Positions 27,309 to 35,952 of a stretch of DNA of 64,000 nt are shown piece after piece. Numbering within the stretch: position 1 is the stretch's first letter; each line of letters begins with the position of its first letter. The notes beneath the pieces are model-generated. The model saw only the letters and a program-made list of their open reading frames with translations. It was not told the DNA's origin and ran no database searches. Source of the DNA: Oscillospiraceae bacterium (lineage in GTDB: Bacteria; Bacillota; Clostridia; UBA1212; UBA1255); the NCBI GenBank assembly GCA_015069165.1, contig SVJD01000002.1, positions 1,385 to 65,384 on the forward strand. Direction: 5' to 3'. The translations under genes and the position numbers were made by a program.

Positions 27309-28535
27309 TTATTTTATAGCACCGGAGCGTATCGCTTCTTCCAAAAGAAGCTCCAACATTCCGCCGTAGCTTTTTACTCCGTCTTCTACAGTCATAATCG
27401 ACAAATATGTATCGTTGACTTCTGATGTGAATTCGCTGCTTACAGTTTCGAAATGATTCCAGTACGCGTTTTCGCGCTCCATATCTTTAATAACATTTTT
27501 GTCTGCGTTTTGCATTATAAGTTGCCAATTTTCCGTATCGTATAACCGCAATTCATTCATTGCGTACGAAAATGCTGTATAATATGCAGAGTATGCGAAA
27601 AGTGCATTGTCGCTTTGCAAACAAGCCATATATGCTATGAAGTTCGCCTCGTCTTCACGGGCAAAACCGAGTTGGTGTGCCATTTCGTGACAAATTGTAT
27701 GGGGCAGACTCATAATAGGAGTGTTGATGTTTACGACAGCTTCGGGGAGCAAGTAGGGATAAATTCCTGTTATGTGAAAATTTGACATAATTTCCGAGCT
27801 GTAGGCAAATTTTACGGCAGTATAATCTTTGCGTGCGGAATTATATTCGGCAGGCAGACGGCTGTAGGCGGTTTTTGCTTCTTCTGCCAGTCTGTACGGA
27901 TTGTATCCGGAATATGTTTCGTTGATTGAACCGTTGGGATTTGTTTCCAAAACTTGTCTTGTAAGTGAAACTTCTTCAGCTAATATACAGCAAAGTTCTC
28001 TTAGTTGTTCCACTGTATACCCGTCTTGTGTGTAATTGTTTTTTTGCGCGAAAGCAGCACCGGTGTAGTTGATTCCGCCGAAGAAAATAAAAACAGCTAC
28101 GCACACGCAAAAAACAGAGACAAAACGTAAGCCTAAATGTGCAACAGGGCGCAACATAGAACGCCTTTCGGGTAAATTACCTTCTTTATTCATGCGGATA
28201 TAAAGAATTATGGATTTGACTGTGTGGAAAATCGTTTTAAAAATTAAAACAATCGAGCAAACAATGAAAATGTATAAAAGCAATTCAGAAACCGAAAATG
28301 GAATAAATTGCAAGATTTCCCTTAAAGGGAAATTTATATAGTAAAAAACCTTGTTGGTGTATATTTCTGTAACTGTGATATCGAAAAAACAAAAATGACA
28401 AAGTGCGAAAATTGCCAATGCCAAAACGCCTACAAAAGAGCTTATCGAAGCAACAGTAGCCGAGCGGTAAAGTTTGCGTGCCCAAATGTAATCGTTTTTT
28501 ATGTATTTTTCTTTTGTGGAAAGAATCTTTTTCAA
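27309..28535 (-). CDS. DUF3810-like membrane protein with an HExxH zinc-protease motif
   Basis: N-terminal TM segments and HTICHEMAHQLGFAREDEANF. TTG start at 28535 with AAGGAG 7 nt upstream. Confidence 0.65.
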   Translation of the reverse strand: MKKILSTKEKYIKNDYIWARKLYRSATVASISSFVGVLALAIFALCHFCFFDITVTEIYTNKVFYYINFPLREILQFIPFSVSELLLYIFIVCSIVLIFKTIFHTVKSIILYIRMNKEGNLPERRSMLRPVAHLGLRFVSVFCVCVAVFIFFGGINYTGAAFAQKNNYTQDGYTVEQLRELCCILAEEVSLTRQVLETNPNGSINETYSGYNPYRLAEEAKTAYSRLPAEYNSARKDYTAVKFAYSSEIMSNFHITGIYPYLLPEAVVNINTPIMSLPHTICHEMAHQLGFAREDEANFIAYMACLQSDNALFAYSAYYTAFSYAMNELRLYDTENWQLIMQNADKNVIKDMERENAYWNHFETVSSEFTSEVNDTYLSIMTVEDGVKSYGGMLELLLEEAIRSGAIK

Positions 28536-28686
28536 GTGAATGCTCCTTTAAATAAATTATGATTATATTTTGCCACGCAAACAGAAAAATAGCAACCTGT
28601 TTTGGTTTGACAAACGGCATTGTTTGTAATAAAATTAAACACATATTTTGATTATATTTGATAAAAATAGAAAGGTTGTGTTTTAT

Positions 28687-29499
28687 ATGTCTTTTCCTGT
28701 AGCGTTACAGTTGTTTTCTGTAAGAGATAGTTTAGAGGTTGATTTTGAAGGCACACTTAAAAAAGTTAAAGAATTAGGATTTCAAGGTGTGGAATTTGCC
28801 GGGCTTTACGGCCGTGAGCCCGAGGCAGTAAAAAGCCTTCTCGAGGAGCTGGGATTAGAGCCTGTTTCCGCACATATTTCAATAGATGAGCTTTTGGACG
28901 ATACTGAGGGTGTGCTTGAGGCATACAAGAAAATCGGATGCAAGTACGTAGCTATTCCGTATATTGTTGAAGATCGTCGCCCCGGAGCAGAAAGATGGGA
29001 AAAAACAGTTGAAGATATAAAGAAAATCGCAATTGTGGCAAAGTCAAAAGGTATACAACTTATGTATCATAACCACGATTTTGAGTTTGTCAAAATTAAC
29101 GGTAAATTTGCTCTTGATGAATTGTACGATACAATTTCCGCTGATTTACTCGAAACGGAAATCGACACTTGCTGGGCAAATGTTGCAGGGGTAGACCCGG
29201 CTGCATATGTAAGACAATATACAGGCAGAGCTACGATTCTCCACTTTAAAGACTTTACAGGCGGCAAGACAGAGAATATGTATGAGCTTATAGGTATTGA
29301 GAGTGACAAGCCAAAGTACACAAAAGCATTTGAATTCCGTCCGATAGGCTACGGAAAGCAAGACATTCCCACACTTTTGGAAGCGGCAGAAGCAGCAGGT
29401 ACAAAATGGCTTGTTGTAGAACAGGATCATCCGAGCATGGGAAAAACTTCGCTTGAGTGTGCTCAAATGAGTATTAACTACTTAAAAACTTTACTTTGA
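28687..29499 (+). CDS. Sugar phosphate isomerase/epimerase (xylose-isomerase-like TIM barrel)
   Basis: LQLFSVRD...GFQGVEFAG...YHNHDFEF...DTCW is the AP_endonuc_2 fold. Start ATG 28687 (MSFPVALQ...). Confidence 0.8.
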   Translation: MSFPVALQLFSVRDSLEVDFEGTLKKVKELGFQGVEFAGLYGREPEAVKSLLEELGLEPVSAHISIDELLDDTEGVLEAYKKIGCKYVAIPYIVEDRRPGAERWEKTVEDIKKIAIVAKSKGIQLMYHNHDFEFVKINGKFALDELYDTISADLLETEIDTCWANVAGVDPAAYVRQYTGRATILHFKDFTGGKTENMYELIGIESDKPKYTKAFEFRPIGYGKQDIPTLLEAAEAAGTKWLVVEQDHPSMGKTSLECAQMSINYLKTLL

Positions 29500-29537
29500 T
29501 TTTAAACTATACCGATAAAAAATAATGAGGTGTTATT

Positions 29538-30695
29538 ATGGGAAATATTTTAGACAAATTTAAAGAAGTTGTTGAAGAGAAAAAAGAAATCGATACAAGT
29601 AAGAAACTTCGTGTCGGTATCATAGGTACAGGTTGGATTGCAGAGCCCCATGCAGAGGCGTATAAAAGATGCCCCGATGTTGAAATAGTTGCTTTGGCTG
29701 ACCTTATTCCCGGTAAAGCTGCTAAATTTGCAGAAGACAGAGGTATTCCGAATGCAAAAATTTACAACAGCCACAAGGAAATGCTTGATGACGAATCTTT
29801 GCAACTTGATGCAGTAAGCGTTTGTACGTATAACTGCCAGCATGAGCCTTGTACAACTTATGCACTTAAAAAAGGCGTTCACGTAATGCTCGAAAAACCT
29901 ATGTGTGTTACACTTGAAGAAGCTATCGCTATTTGCAAAGCAGAGAAAGAAAGCGGTAAAATCGTTTCTGTAGGATTCCAGCCCAGATTTGACGAAAATA
30001 TGAAAATGATTAAGAAAATCGTTGAATCCGGCGAGTTGGGAGATATTTATTATATCCAGACAGGCGGCGGCAGACGCAGAGGTATTCCTACACCTTTCGG
30101 CACAACATTTATTGAAAAAGAAACAGGTGGTATCGGTGCTTTGGGAGATATCGGATGTTATTCACTCGATATGGTATTGAATGCTATCGGATATCCGAAG
30201 CCGTTGACAGTTACAGGCTATAAATCAGATTTCTTCGGAAAACGCCCTGATTACTATTCGGGACATCCTGAATATGCAGATAAGTTTGGCGTTGATGATT
30301 TTGCGGCAGGTTTCATAAGACTTGAAGGCGGAGTTATTGTAGACTTCCGTATTGCCTGGGCAATGAATCTTGATACTCCCGGAGATACAATTATTTTGGG
30401 AACAAAAGGTGGTTTGCGTATTCCTTCAACAGAGTGTTGGAACGGTTCTATTGGTGGACCTATGACAATTTATCACGAAGTTGCGGGAGACCAAGTAGAA
30501 ACACAAATCCCTGTAAGAGGTACAAATGGTAACGTATTCGATATGAAGATTCGTTCTTTCCTCGATGCAATCAAAGAGGGCGGTCCTGCTCCCGTTCCTA
30601 CTTCCCAGATTTTGTATAATCAAGCAATCCTTTCCGGTATTGCTAAATCTGCTGAACTCGGTCGCGAGATTGAAATCGAGATACCTGAATTTTAA
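29538..30695 (+). CDS. Gfo/Idh/MocA-family oxidoreductase
   Basis: LRVGIIGTGWIAEPHAEAY (Rossmann fold) and the MLEKPM motif. Confidence 0.85.
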   Translation: MGNILDKFKEVVEEKKEIDTSKKLRVGIIGTGWIAEPHAEAYKRCPDVEIVALADLIPGKAAKFAEDRGIPNAKIYNSHKEMLDDESLQLDAVSVCTYNCQHEPCTTYALKKGVHVMLEKPMCVTLEEAIAICKAEKESGKIVSVGFQPRFDENMKMIKKIVESGELGDIYYIQTGGGRRRGIPTPFGTTFIEKETGGIGALGDIGCYSLDMVLNAIGYPKPLTVTGYKSDFFGKRPDYYSGHPEYADKFGVDDFAAGFIRLEGGVIVDFRIAWAMNLDTPGDTIILGTKGGLRIPSTECWNGSIGGPMTIYHEVAGDQVETQIPVRGTNGNVFDMKIRSFLDAIKEGGPAPVPTSQILYNQAILSGIAKSAELGREIEIEIPEF

Positions 30696-30712
30696 TATTT
30701 CTGCATAAATTA

Positions 30713-30758
30713 TCGGAGAAGTTGTTGAGTTTTTTGACGACTTTCTCCGCTTTTTTTT
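30713..30758 (+). terminator. Putative rho-independent terminator
   Basis: CGGAGAAGT...ACTTTCTCCG (one bulge), followed by CTTTTTTTT. Confidence 0.55.
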
Positions 30759-30789
30759 GCGTAGGACGAACGAAAAGGGGAAATAAATT

Positions 30790-31248
30790 ATGTTTAGTGA
30801 AACAGGAAGCAGAGACGCTGTTACAGCGGCGATTTCCGTAGCAATAACAAAAGATCGCCAAGAGGAGAAAAGTGTTCAGACGAAGCTCAGAAACGAAGGG
30901 GTTTTGTCTGCGGCAGTGGATTTTGGCGGAGAATTTATAGCATCGGTTACTAAATTGATAGAAAGAGCTGTTGTTGCCGCAAAAAGAGAAAATTTGATTG
31001 CGGATTCTCATGCGGAAGAGGGTGCTGTGGCAGGTGCGGCAAAAGAGGCGGTTTCACAAATTGTAAACAAAGCCATCGGTCTTAATGTCGGCGGTAAGAT
31101 TGCCATTGCCAGGTGTGGAGAACATATAAGTGTTGCAGTGTTTTTTGGAATTGGACTTTTGCACCTTAATGAAATGGCAATAGGTTTGGGGCACAGAGTT
31201 ATTTATAGCAACAAAGTTGCATCAGAGGAGGAAAACTATGAATCGTAA
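30790..31248 (+). CDS. HutP-family protein (putative RNA-binding antiterminator-like)
   Basis: DSHAEEGAVAGAAKEA and HISVAVFFGIGLLHLNEMAIGLGHRVI resemble B. subtilis HutP (ESHALYHATMEA...WIAVSLYGTIGAPIKGLEHETFGVGINHI), recalled from memory. Confidence 0.5.
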   Translation: MFSETGSRDAVTAAISVAITKDRQEEKSVQTKLRNEGVLSAAVDFGGEFIASVTKLIERAVVAAKRENLIADSHAEEGAVAGAAKEAVSQIVNKAIGLNVGGKIAIARCGEHISVAVFFGIGLLHLNEMAIGLGHRVIYSNKVASEEENYES

Positions 31249-31927
31249 TATTGCAATAGACGGACCTTCGGGCGCAGGGAAGAGTACACTTGCAAAGAAA
31301 GTTGCGAAACAATTCGGATATATATATCTTGATACAGGTGCCATGTATAGGGCATTTGGTTTGTATTGCATAGAAAACGGAGTGGATTTTTCTGCTGCTG
31401 ACAGCGAAAATCAAAAGAAGTTGGAAGATTTGACGGAGAATTTTGCTCTTGACGTTGTGTATGAAAACTCAAATCAGCAAGTATATGTAAACGGCAGAAA
31501 CGTAACGTCATTGATACGTACTCCCGAGGTTTCTATTGCTGCTTCAAAAGTGGCAGTAGTACCGAAAGTAAGACTTAAATTGGTTGAAATACAAAGACAG
31601 ATCGCTGAGAAAAGTGATGTTGTAATGGATGGCCGCGACATTGGTTCGTACGTTTTGCCGAATGCTGCAGTGAAAGTTTTCTTGACAGCATCAGTGGAAA
31701 TCAGGGCAAAAAGAAGATTTGACGAGCTTAGAGAAAAAGGAAATTCAGAAGTAACCTATGAAGAAGTTTTAAAAGATATGAAATTCCGTGATGCAAACGA
31801 CAGCTCGAGAGCATTTGCTCCATTAAAACAAGCCGAAGATGCGGTGCTCCTTGATACTTCTGAAATGACAGAAGATGAAAGTGAGCAAGCTTTAATAAAT
31901 ATTATTAAAAGCAAGACAGAAATGTAA
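31238..31927 (+). CDS. cmk: Cytidylate kinase
   Basis: MNRNIAIDGPSGAGKSTLAKKVA...YLDTGAMYRA...MDGRDIG. Start ATG 31238 follows GAGGAGGA. Confidence 0.92.
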   Translation: MNRNIAIDGPSGAGKSTLAKKVAKQFGYIYLDTGAMYRAFGLYCIENGVDFSAADSENQKKLEDLTENFALDVVYENSNQQVYVNGRNVTSLIRTPEVSIAASKVAVVPKVRLKLVEIQRQIAEKSDVVMDGRDIGSYVLPNAAVKVFLTASVEIRAKRRFDELREKGNSEVTYEEVLKDMKFRDANDSSRAFAPLKQAEDAVLLDTSEMTEDESEQALINIIKSKTEM

Positions 31928-31941
31928 TAAGTGGAGATAAT

Positions 31942-32541
31942 ATGGAAGTTTTACGAGTTATTTGCAGATTTATATTTTTCTTTTTTATACGCGTGAAAGT
32001 GTATGATGCCGAGAAAGTTCCGAAAAACGGAGGTTTGCTTGTGGCGGCAAATCACGAAAGTATGCTTGATATGTTTATGATAGGCTATAAAGTACCGAGA
32101 TATCTTAAATGGATGGCAAAAGAAGAACTTTTTCAAAATAAAATTCTTGCCAAAATATTTACAGCTTGCGGAGCTTATCCGGTAAGAAGACATTCCAGAG
32201 ATATTTCTGCGGCAAGAACTACATTTGAACTTTTGGAAAAGGGCGAGGCTGTAGGTATTTTTCCGCAAGGTACGAGAGCAAAAGGAAAAGGAACTGCGGT
32301 TAAAGCAAAACACGGCGTGGCAAAATTTGCTTTCGAGGCAAATGTACCCGTTCAACCGGTTGCAATATGGGGTAAAATACGATTGTTTGGACGTGTGAAC
32401 GTAAGATTCGGCGACCCTATAATTATTCCGCAGCCGCCGGAGGGCAAAAAGTATACAAATGCAGATTACACGGAAATTGCCCGGGAAATACTTGATGGTA
32501 TATATTCATTGATGGAGGAGCCTGAAAGTGGAAATAATTAA
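31942..32541 (+). CDS. plsC: 1-acyl-sn-glycerol-3-phosphate acyltransferase
   Basis: HX4D motif ANHESMLD and IFPQGTR. Confidence 0.85.
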   Translation: MEVLRVICRFIFFFFIRVKVYDAEKVPKNGGLLVAANHESMLDMFMIGYKVPRYLKWMAKEELFQNKILAKIFTACGAYPVRRHSRDISAARTTFELLEKGEAVGIFPQGTRAKGKGTAVKAKHGVAKFAFEANVPVQPVAIWGKIRLFGRVNVRFGDPIIIPQPPEGKKYTNADYTEIAREILDGIYSLMEEPESGNN

Positions 32542-34771
32542 AGCGCAGACGGCAGGTTTTTGTTTTGGTGTTGCAAATGCTGTAGACAAGACATTTAAAA
32601 TACTTGAAAATAAAACAAAAGATGAATTTGTGTTTTCTTACGGAGAATTAATACATAATGACCACGTAATAGGAAGAATTGCTGAAAAAGGCTTGGAAGT
32701 TGTGTGTACTGCCGATGAGATTTTAACGAAAACGGAAAATGAGCCGGAAAAGGCAACCGTAATTATAAGAGCACACGGGATATCCCCTAAAAAATATTCT
32801 GAGCTAGAGAAAATAGGCTGTAATATCGTAGACGCCACATGTCCTTTTGTGACTAAAATTCATAAGTTAGTAAGCAAACAACACGAAGAAGGCAGAAACA
32901 TTATTATAATAGGAGATCCGATTCATCCGGAGGTTATCGGAACGAACGGATGGTGTGACGAAAAAGGTATAATTTTATCCTGCGTTTCGGATGCGGAACG
33001 CTTCGCCTTGAGTGCTGATAAGAATTTGTTGTACAGCGTGGTGGCACAAACGACTTTTTCGAAGAAAATTTTCGGGGAAATATGTGAGGTTTTAAAAAAA
33101 TCCTTTGACAATGTGATTTTTTTTGATACAATATGCAGTGCGACATCTCTCAGACAGGAGGAAACGGTAAAAATTGCATCGCAAGCGGACTTAATGATTG
33201 TAGTGGGTGATAAGAAGAGTTCTAACACCAAAAAGCTGTATGATTTAAGTTCAGAAATTTGCAGGCAGGTTTTATTCGTTGAAGATGCCGGAGAGTTAAA
33301 TATATCGCAGATTGACAAATATAAGAAAGTTGGTGTGACAGCGGGAGCATCCGTTCCTGACTGGATCATCGGGGAGGTTATTGGTAAGATGAGTGAAATC
33401 AATCAGGAAATTGAAAATGCAGAAATCAGCGCAACTGAGGCTGCAACATGCGACAACGAGTCTTTTGAAACATTATTGAACAAGTCGCTTACAACAATTA
33501 CAAGCGGACAGATTGTAAAAGGTACAATCAACAAAATCGACAACAAAGGCGTTTATGTTGACCTTGGATTTAAATTTGAAGGTTTTATCGCTATCGACGA
33601 GTTCGCTGAGATTCCCGGTTTTGCCCCAGAACAATTGAATATTGGTGATGAGGTTGAAGCTATGGTTGTTAAAGTCAGTGATAAAGACGGCGAAGCTATC
33701 CTTTCAAAGAGACGTGTAGACAATAAGAAGAACATGCTTCTCCTTGAGCAGTCTTTCGAAAACAAAACACCTGTTTTGGTACGTGTTAAAGAAGCCGTAA
33801 ACGGCGGTGTTGTTGCTTATGTTGGTTCAGTACGTATCTTTATCCCTGCATCACAGCTCACAGAGAGATATGCAAAAGATTTGAGTGCTTTTGTCGGTCA
33901 GGATATTGAGGTTATTATTACAGCTTTCGAAAAAGGTCCGAAAGGTCACAACAGAATCATCGGTTCAAGAAAAGTTATCCTCGTAGCTGACAGAGAAGAG
34001 AAAGAAGAAGCTTTCTGGAGTCAAATCGAAGTTGATAAGGTTTGCACAGGTGTTGTAAAGAGCCTTACACCTTTCGGAGCTTTTGTTGATATCGGTGGAT
34101 ACGACGGACTTATCCATATGTCAGAGCTTTCATGGAACAGAATTAAACATCCTTCAGAAGTTCTCAAAGTAGGTCAAGAAGTAGAAGTTAAAATTCTTGA
34201 ATTTGACAGAAAGAAAAAGAGAATTTCATTGGGATACAGAAAGCAAGAAGACAATCCTTGGTTTGATGCTGAAAACCTTTATCAGGTTGGAGATATTCTC
34301 GAAGTTACAATTGTGCGTTTCGCTGCATTTGGTGTGTTCGTAAATATTGCACCCGGAATTGACGGCTTGGTACATATTTCTCAGATTTCAAATCAGAGAA
34401 TTTCAAGTGCCGCTGACTGCCTTAAGATTGGTCAAAAAGTTATGGCTAAGATCATTGATACTAACATCGCTGAGAAGAAAATAAATCTCAGCATCCGTGA
34501 TGTTCAGGCATATGATCCTGAGCCGAAGCCTGTAGAGCTTGACGAAGAGGGCAATCCGATAGTTCCTGAGAAGAAAGAAAGACCGCGCAAGAAAGATCGC
34601 GGCGAGCGTCCGGCTAAGAGCGAAAAACGCGCGAAGAAAGATGCAGAAAATGAAATCGTTGCAGATACAGCAGTTTCAATGGGTACATCAATCGGTGATA
34701 TCCTTGCAGCTAAACTTCAGCCGACAATAGAAGTGAATACAGATTCAGAAGAGTCTGAAACAAACGAATAA
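32528..34771 (+). CDS. ispH: Bifunctional 4-hydroxy-3-methylbut-2-enyl diphosphate reductase / ribosomal protein S1
   Basis: The N-terminal ~280 aa is IspH (GFCFGV, ATCPFVTKIH, SSNTKKL). The C-terminal part has four S1 repeats (GTINKIDNKGVYVDLG, GVVKSLTPFGAFVDIGG..GLIHMSE, and others). GTG start follows GGAGGAG. Confidence 0.9.
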   Translation: MEIIKAQTAGFCFGVANAVDKTFKILENKTKDEFVFSYGELIHNDHVIGRIAEKGLEVVCTADEILTKTENEPEKATVIIRAHGISPKKYSELEKIGCNIVDATCPFVTKIHKLVSKQHEEGRNIIIIGDPIHPEVIGTNGWCDEKGIILSCVSDAERFALSADKNLLYSVVAQTTFSKKIFGEICEVLKKSFDNVIFFDTICSATSLRQEETVKIASQADLMIVVGDKKSSNTKKLYDLSSEICRQVLFVEDAGELNISQIDKYKKVGVTAGASVPDWIIGEVIGKMSEINQEIENAEISATEAATCDNESFETLLNKSLTTITSGQIVKGTINKIDNKGVYVDLGFKFEGFIAIDEFAEIPGFAPEQLNIGDEVEAMVVKVSDKDGEAILSKRRVDNKKNMLLLEQSFENKTPVLVRVKEAVNGGVVAYVGSVRIFIPASQLTERYAKDLSAFVGQDIEVIITAFEKGPKGHNRIIGSRKVILVADREEKEEAFWSQIEVDKVCTGVVKSLTPFGAFVDIGGYDGLIHMSELSWNRIKHPSEVLKVGQEVEVKILEFDRKKKRISLGYRKQEDNPWFDAENLYQVGDILEVTIVRFAAFGVFVNIAPGIDGLVHISQISNQRISSAADCLKIGQKVMAKIIDTNIAEKKINLSIRDVQAYDPEPKPVELDEEGNPIVPEKKERPRKKDRGERPAKSEKRAKKDAENEIVADTAVSMGTSIGDILAAKLQPTIEVNTDSEESETNE

Positions 34772-34817
34772 AATTAGAATTTATAGTAAAATTAAAGACT
34801 GATTTCACTTTTTATAA

Positions 34818-34856
34818 AAGCTGTCCCTATAGTGCTCCTGTAGGACAGCTTTTTGG
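34818..34856 (+). terminator. Rho-independent terminator after ispH/rpsA
   Basis: AAAGCTGTCC...GGACAGCTTT followed by TTGG. Confidence 0.65.
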
Positions 34857-35053
34857 TGTTTTTGTGTACAGAAAAATAGTTTCTGTTAGTTTCATATTTG
34901 GCAAAAATTGAAGGGTTCTCACTTGTGCAAGTTCTTCATAGGTTGTATGATTGTTAAATCAATGGTTTTTATGAAAAAAATGTTTGCATTGTGAGAAAAG
35001 ATGTGTTACAATGTCAAACGCTGTTTGAAGATTTTCAAGGGAGGTGTGTTTAA

Positions 35054-35254
35054 ATGGCAAGATGTGAGTTTTGTTCAAAGGATATGATGTTCGGACGCCA
35101 TATCAGCATAACACGTTCACAGGTGAGTAGACGTGCGAAGAGAAGCTGGAAGCCGAATGTAAGGAGAGTTAAAATTATGGTTAATGGCACTCCCCGTTAC
35201 GCTTATGTATGTACTTCCTGCTTGAAATCAGGAAAGGTTACAAGAGCTATATAA
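35054..35254 (+). CDS. rpmB: 50S ribosomal protein L28
   Basis: MARCEFCSKDMMFGRHISITRSQVSRRAKRSWKPNVRRVK...CTSCLKSGKV. Confidence 0.92.
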   Translation: MARCEFCSKDMMFGRHISITRSQVSRRAKRSWKPNVRRVKIMVNGTPRYAYVCTSCLKSGKVTRAI

Positions 35255-35306
35255 TTTTCGCATTTCAATTTTTGATATGTGTTATTGTACAAAAACATAG
35301 CATTAT

Positions 35307-35335
35307 GCCGGTTGCTGTAAAGCAACCGGCTTTTT
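35307..35335 (+). terminator. Rho-independent terminator after rpmB
   Basis: GCCGGTTGCT-GTAA-AGCAACCGGC followed by TTTTT. Confidence 0.85.
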
Positions 35336-35446
35336 GCGTTTAATTAAAATTTTCGATAAAAACTTTAATAGAGTTAAACGTGTAAATGATAGTGTTAATG
35401 TTAGCAAATATCAGAGTTGATAAAATCTATGAATGGAGAAATTTTA

Positions 35447-35481
35447 GCAAAAAGAAAAGTTCCCGTATAAAACGAGAACTT
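35447..35481 (-). terminator. Terminator of the tRNA-Met/tRNA-Glu transcription unit
   Basis: Minus strand: AGTTCTCG-TTTTATA-CGGGAACT followed by TTTCTTTTTG, immediately after the 3' end of tRNA-Glu. Confidence 0.55.
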
Positions 35482-35485
35482 TTTG

Positions 35486-35560
35486 TGGTGACCCCTACGA
35501 GATTCGAACTCGTGTCGCCGCCGTGAAAGGGCGATGTCTTAACCACTTGACCAAGGGGCC
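35486..35560 (-). tRNA. tRNA-Glu (anticodon UUC), CCA encoded
   Basis: The reverse complement GGCCCCTTGGTCAAGTGGTTAAGACATCGCCCTTTCACGGCGGCGACACGAGTTCGAATCTCGTAGGGGTCACCA folds as a cloverleaf with anticodon loop CUUUCAC and a GTTCGAATC T-loop. Confidence 0.92.
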
Positions 35561-35564
35561 GTTA

Positions 35565-35641
35565 TGGTAGCGGCGATGGGATTTGAACCTATGACCTGCC
35601 GGGTATGAACCGGATGCTCTGGCCAGCTGAGCTACGCCGCC
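35565..35641 (-). tRNA. tRNA-Met (anticodon CAU), elongator-like, CCA encoded
   Basis: Reverse complement GGCGGCGTAGCTCAGCTGGCCAGAGCATCCGGTTCATACCCGGCAGGTCATAGGTTCAAATCCCATCGCCGCTACCA, with anticodon loop UUCAUAC. It lacks the initiator GGG/CCC anticodon stem. Ile2 (lysidine) identity cannot be excluded from sequence alone. Confidence 0.88.
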
Positions 35642-35692
35642 GTATGAACTCGCCAAACGACCTTAAATGTACGTCTAGCAAGAACGCTCGGC

Positions 35693-35722
35693 TATTATAT
35701 AAAAATTCCAACGACTTGTCAA
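35693..35722 (-). promoter_or_regulatory. Consensus sigma-A promoter of the tRNA operon
   Basis: Minus strand: TTGACA (complement of 35717-35722), 17-nt spacer, TATAAT (complement of 35693-35698). Confidence 0.75.
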
Positions 35723-35734
35723 CCCCCTTTTTTA

Positions 35735-35775
35735 GAAAATTTTAAATTTTTTTTAATTGAAATAGTAAACGCAAC
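35735..35775. repeat. IS left terminal inverted repeat
   Basis: GAAAATTTTAAATTTTTTTTAATTGAAATAGTAAACGCAAC. Its inner part, TTAATTGAAATAGTAAACGCAAC, is the reverse complement of 37475-37497 with one mismatch. Confidence 0.75.
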
Positions 35776-35952
35776 TTTCTCGTTGCATTTACATCTTCGC
35801 ACGAAGCTCTATAACACAAAATTAGATTCCTGATAGTGTGTTGCATTTACATCTTCACAGCGCTGTAGCAACCAAAAACAAACAGGATTGTGTTGCAGAA
35901 TTATTAGTTGTAATATCTTTATCTGCTTGCCGGTGCAAAAGGAGGTTTTTAT

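Noticed and set aside
35565-35641. Considered whether the CAU tRNA is an initiator tRNA-fMet.
   Set aside because: The anticodon stem lacks the three consecutive G:C pairs, and positions 1:72 are paired (G:U) rather than mismatched. The overall sequence resembles Bacillus elongator tRNA-Met.
35723-35737. Attempted to identify a target-site duplication flanking the IS30-family element.
   Set aside because: The flanks (...CCTTTTTTA | GAAAAT and TTTTC | AAGAAAAA) show no convincing 2-3-bp direct repeat at the boundaries I inferred. The outermost IR positions are A/T-rich and imperfect, so the true ends may be a few bp off. This cannot be resolved without other copies or an empty site.
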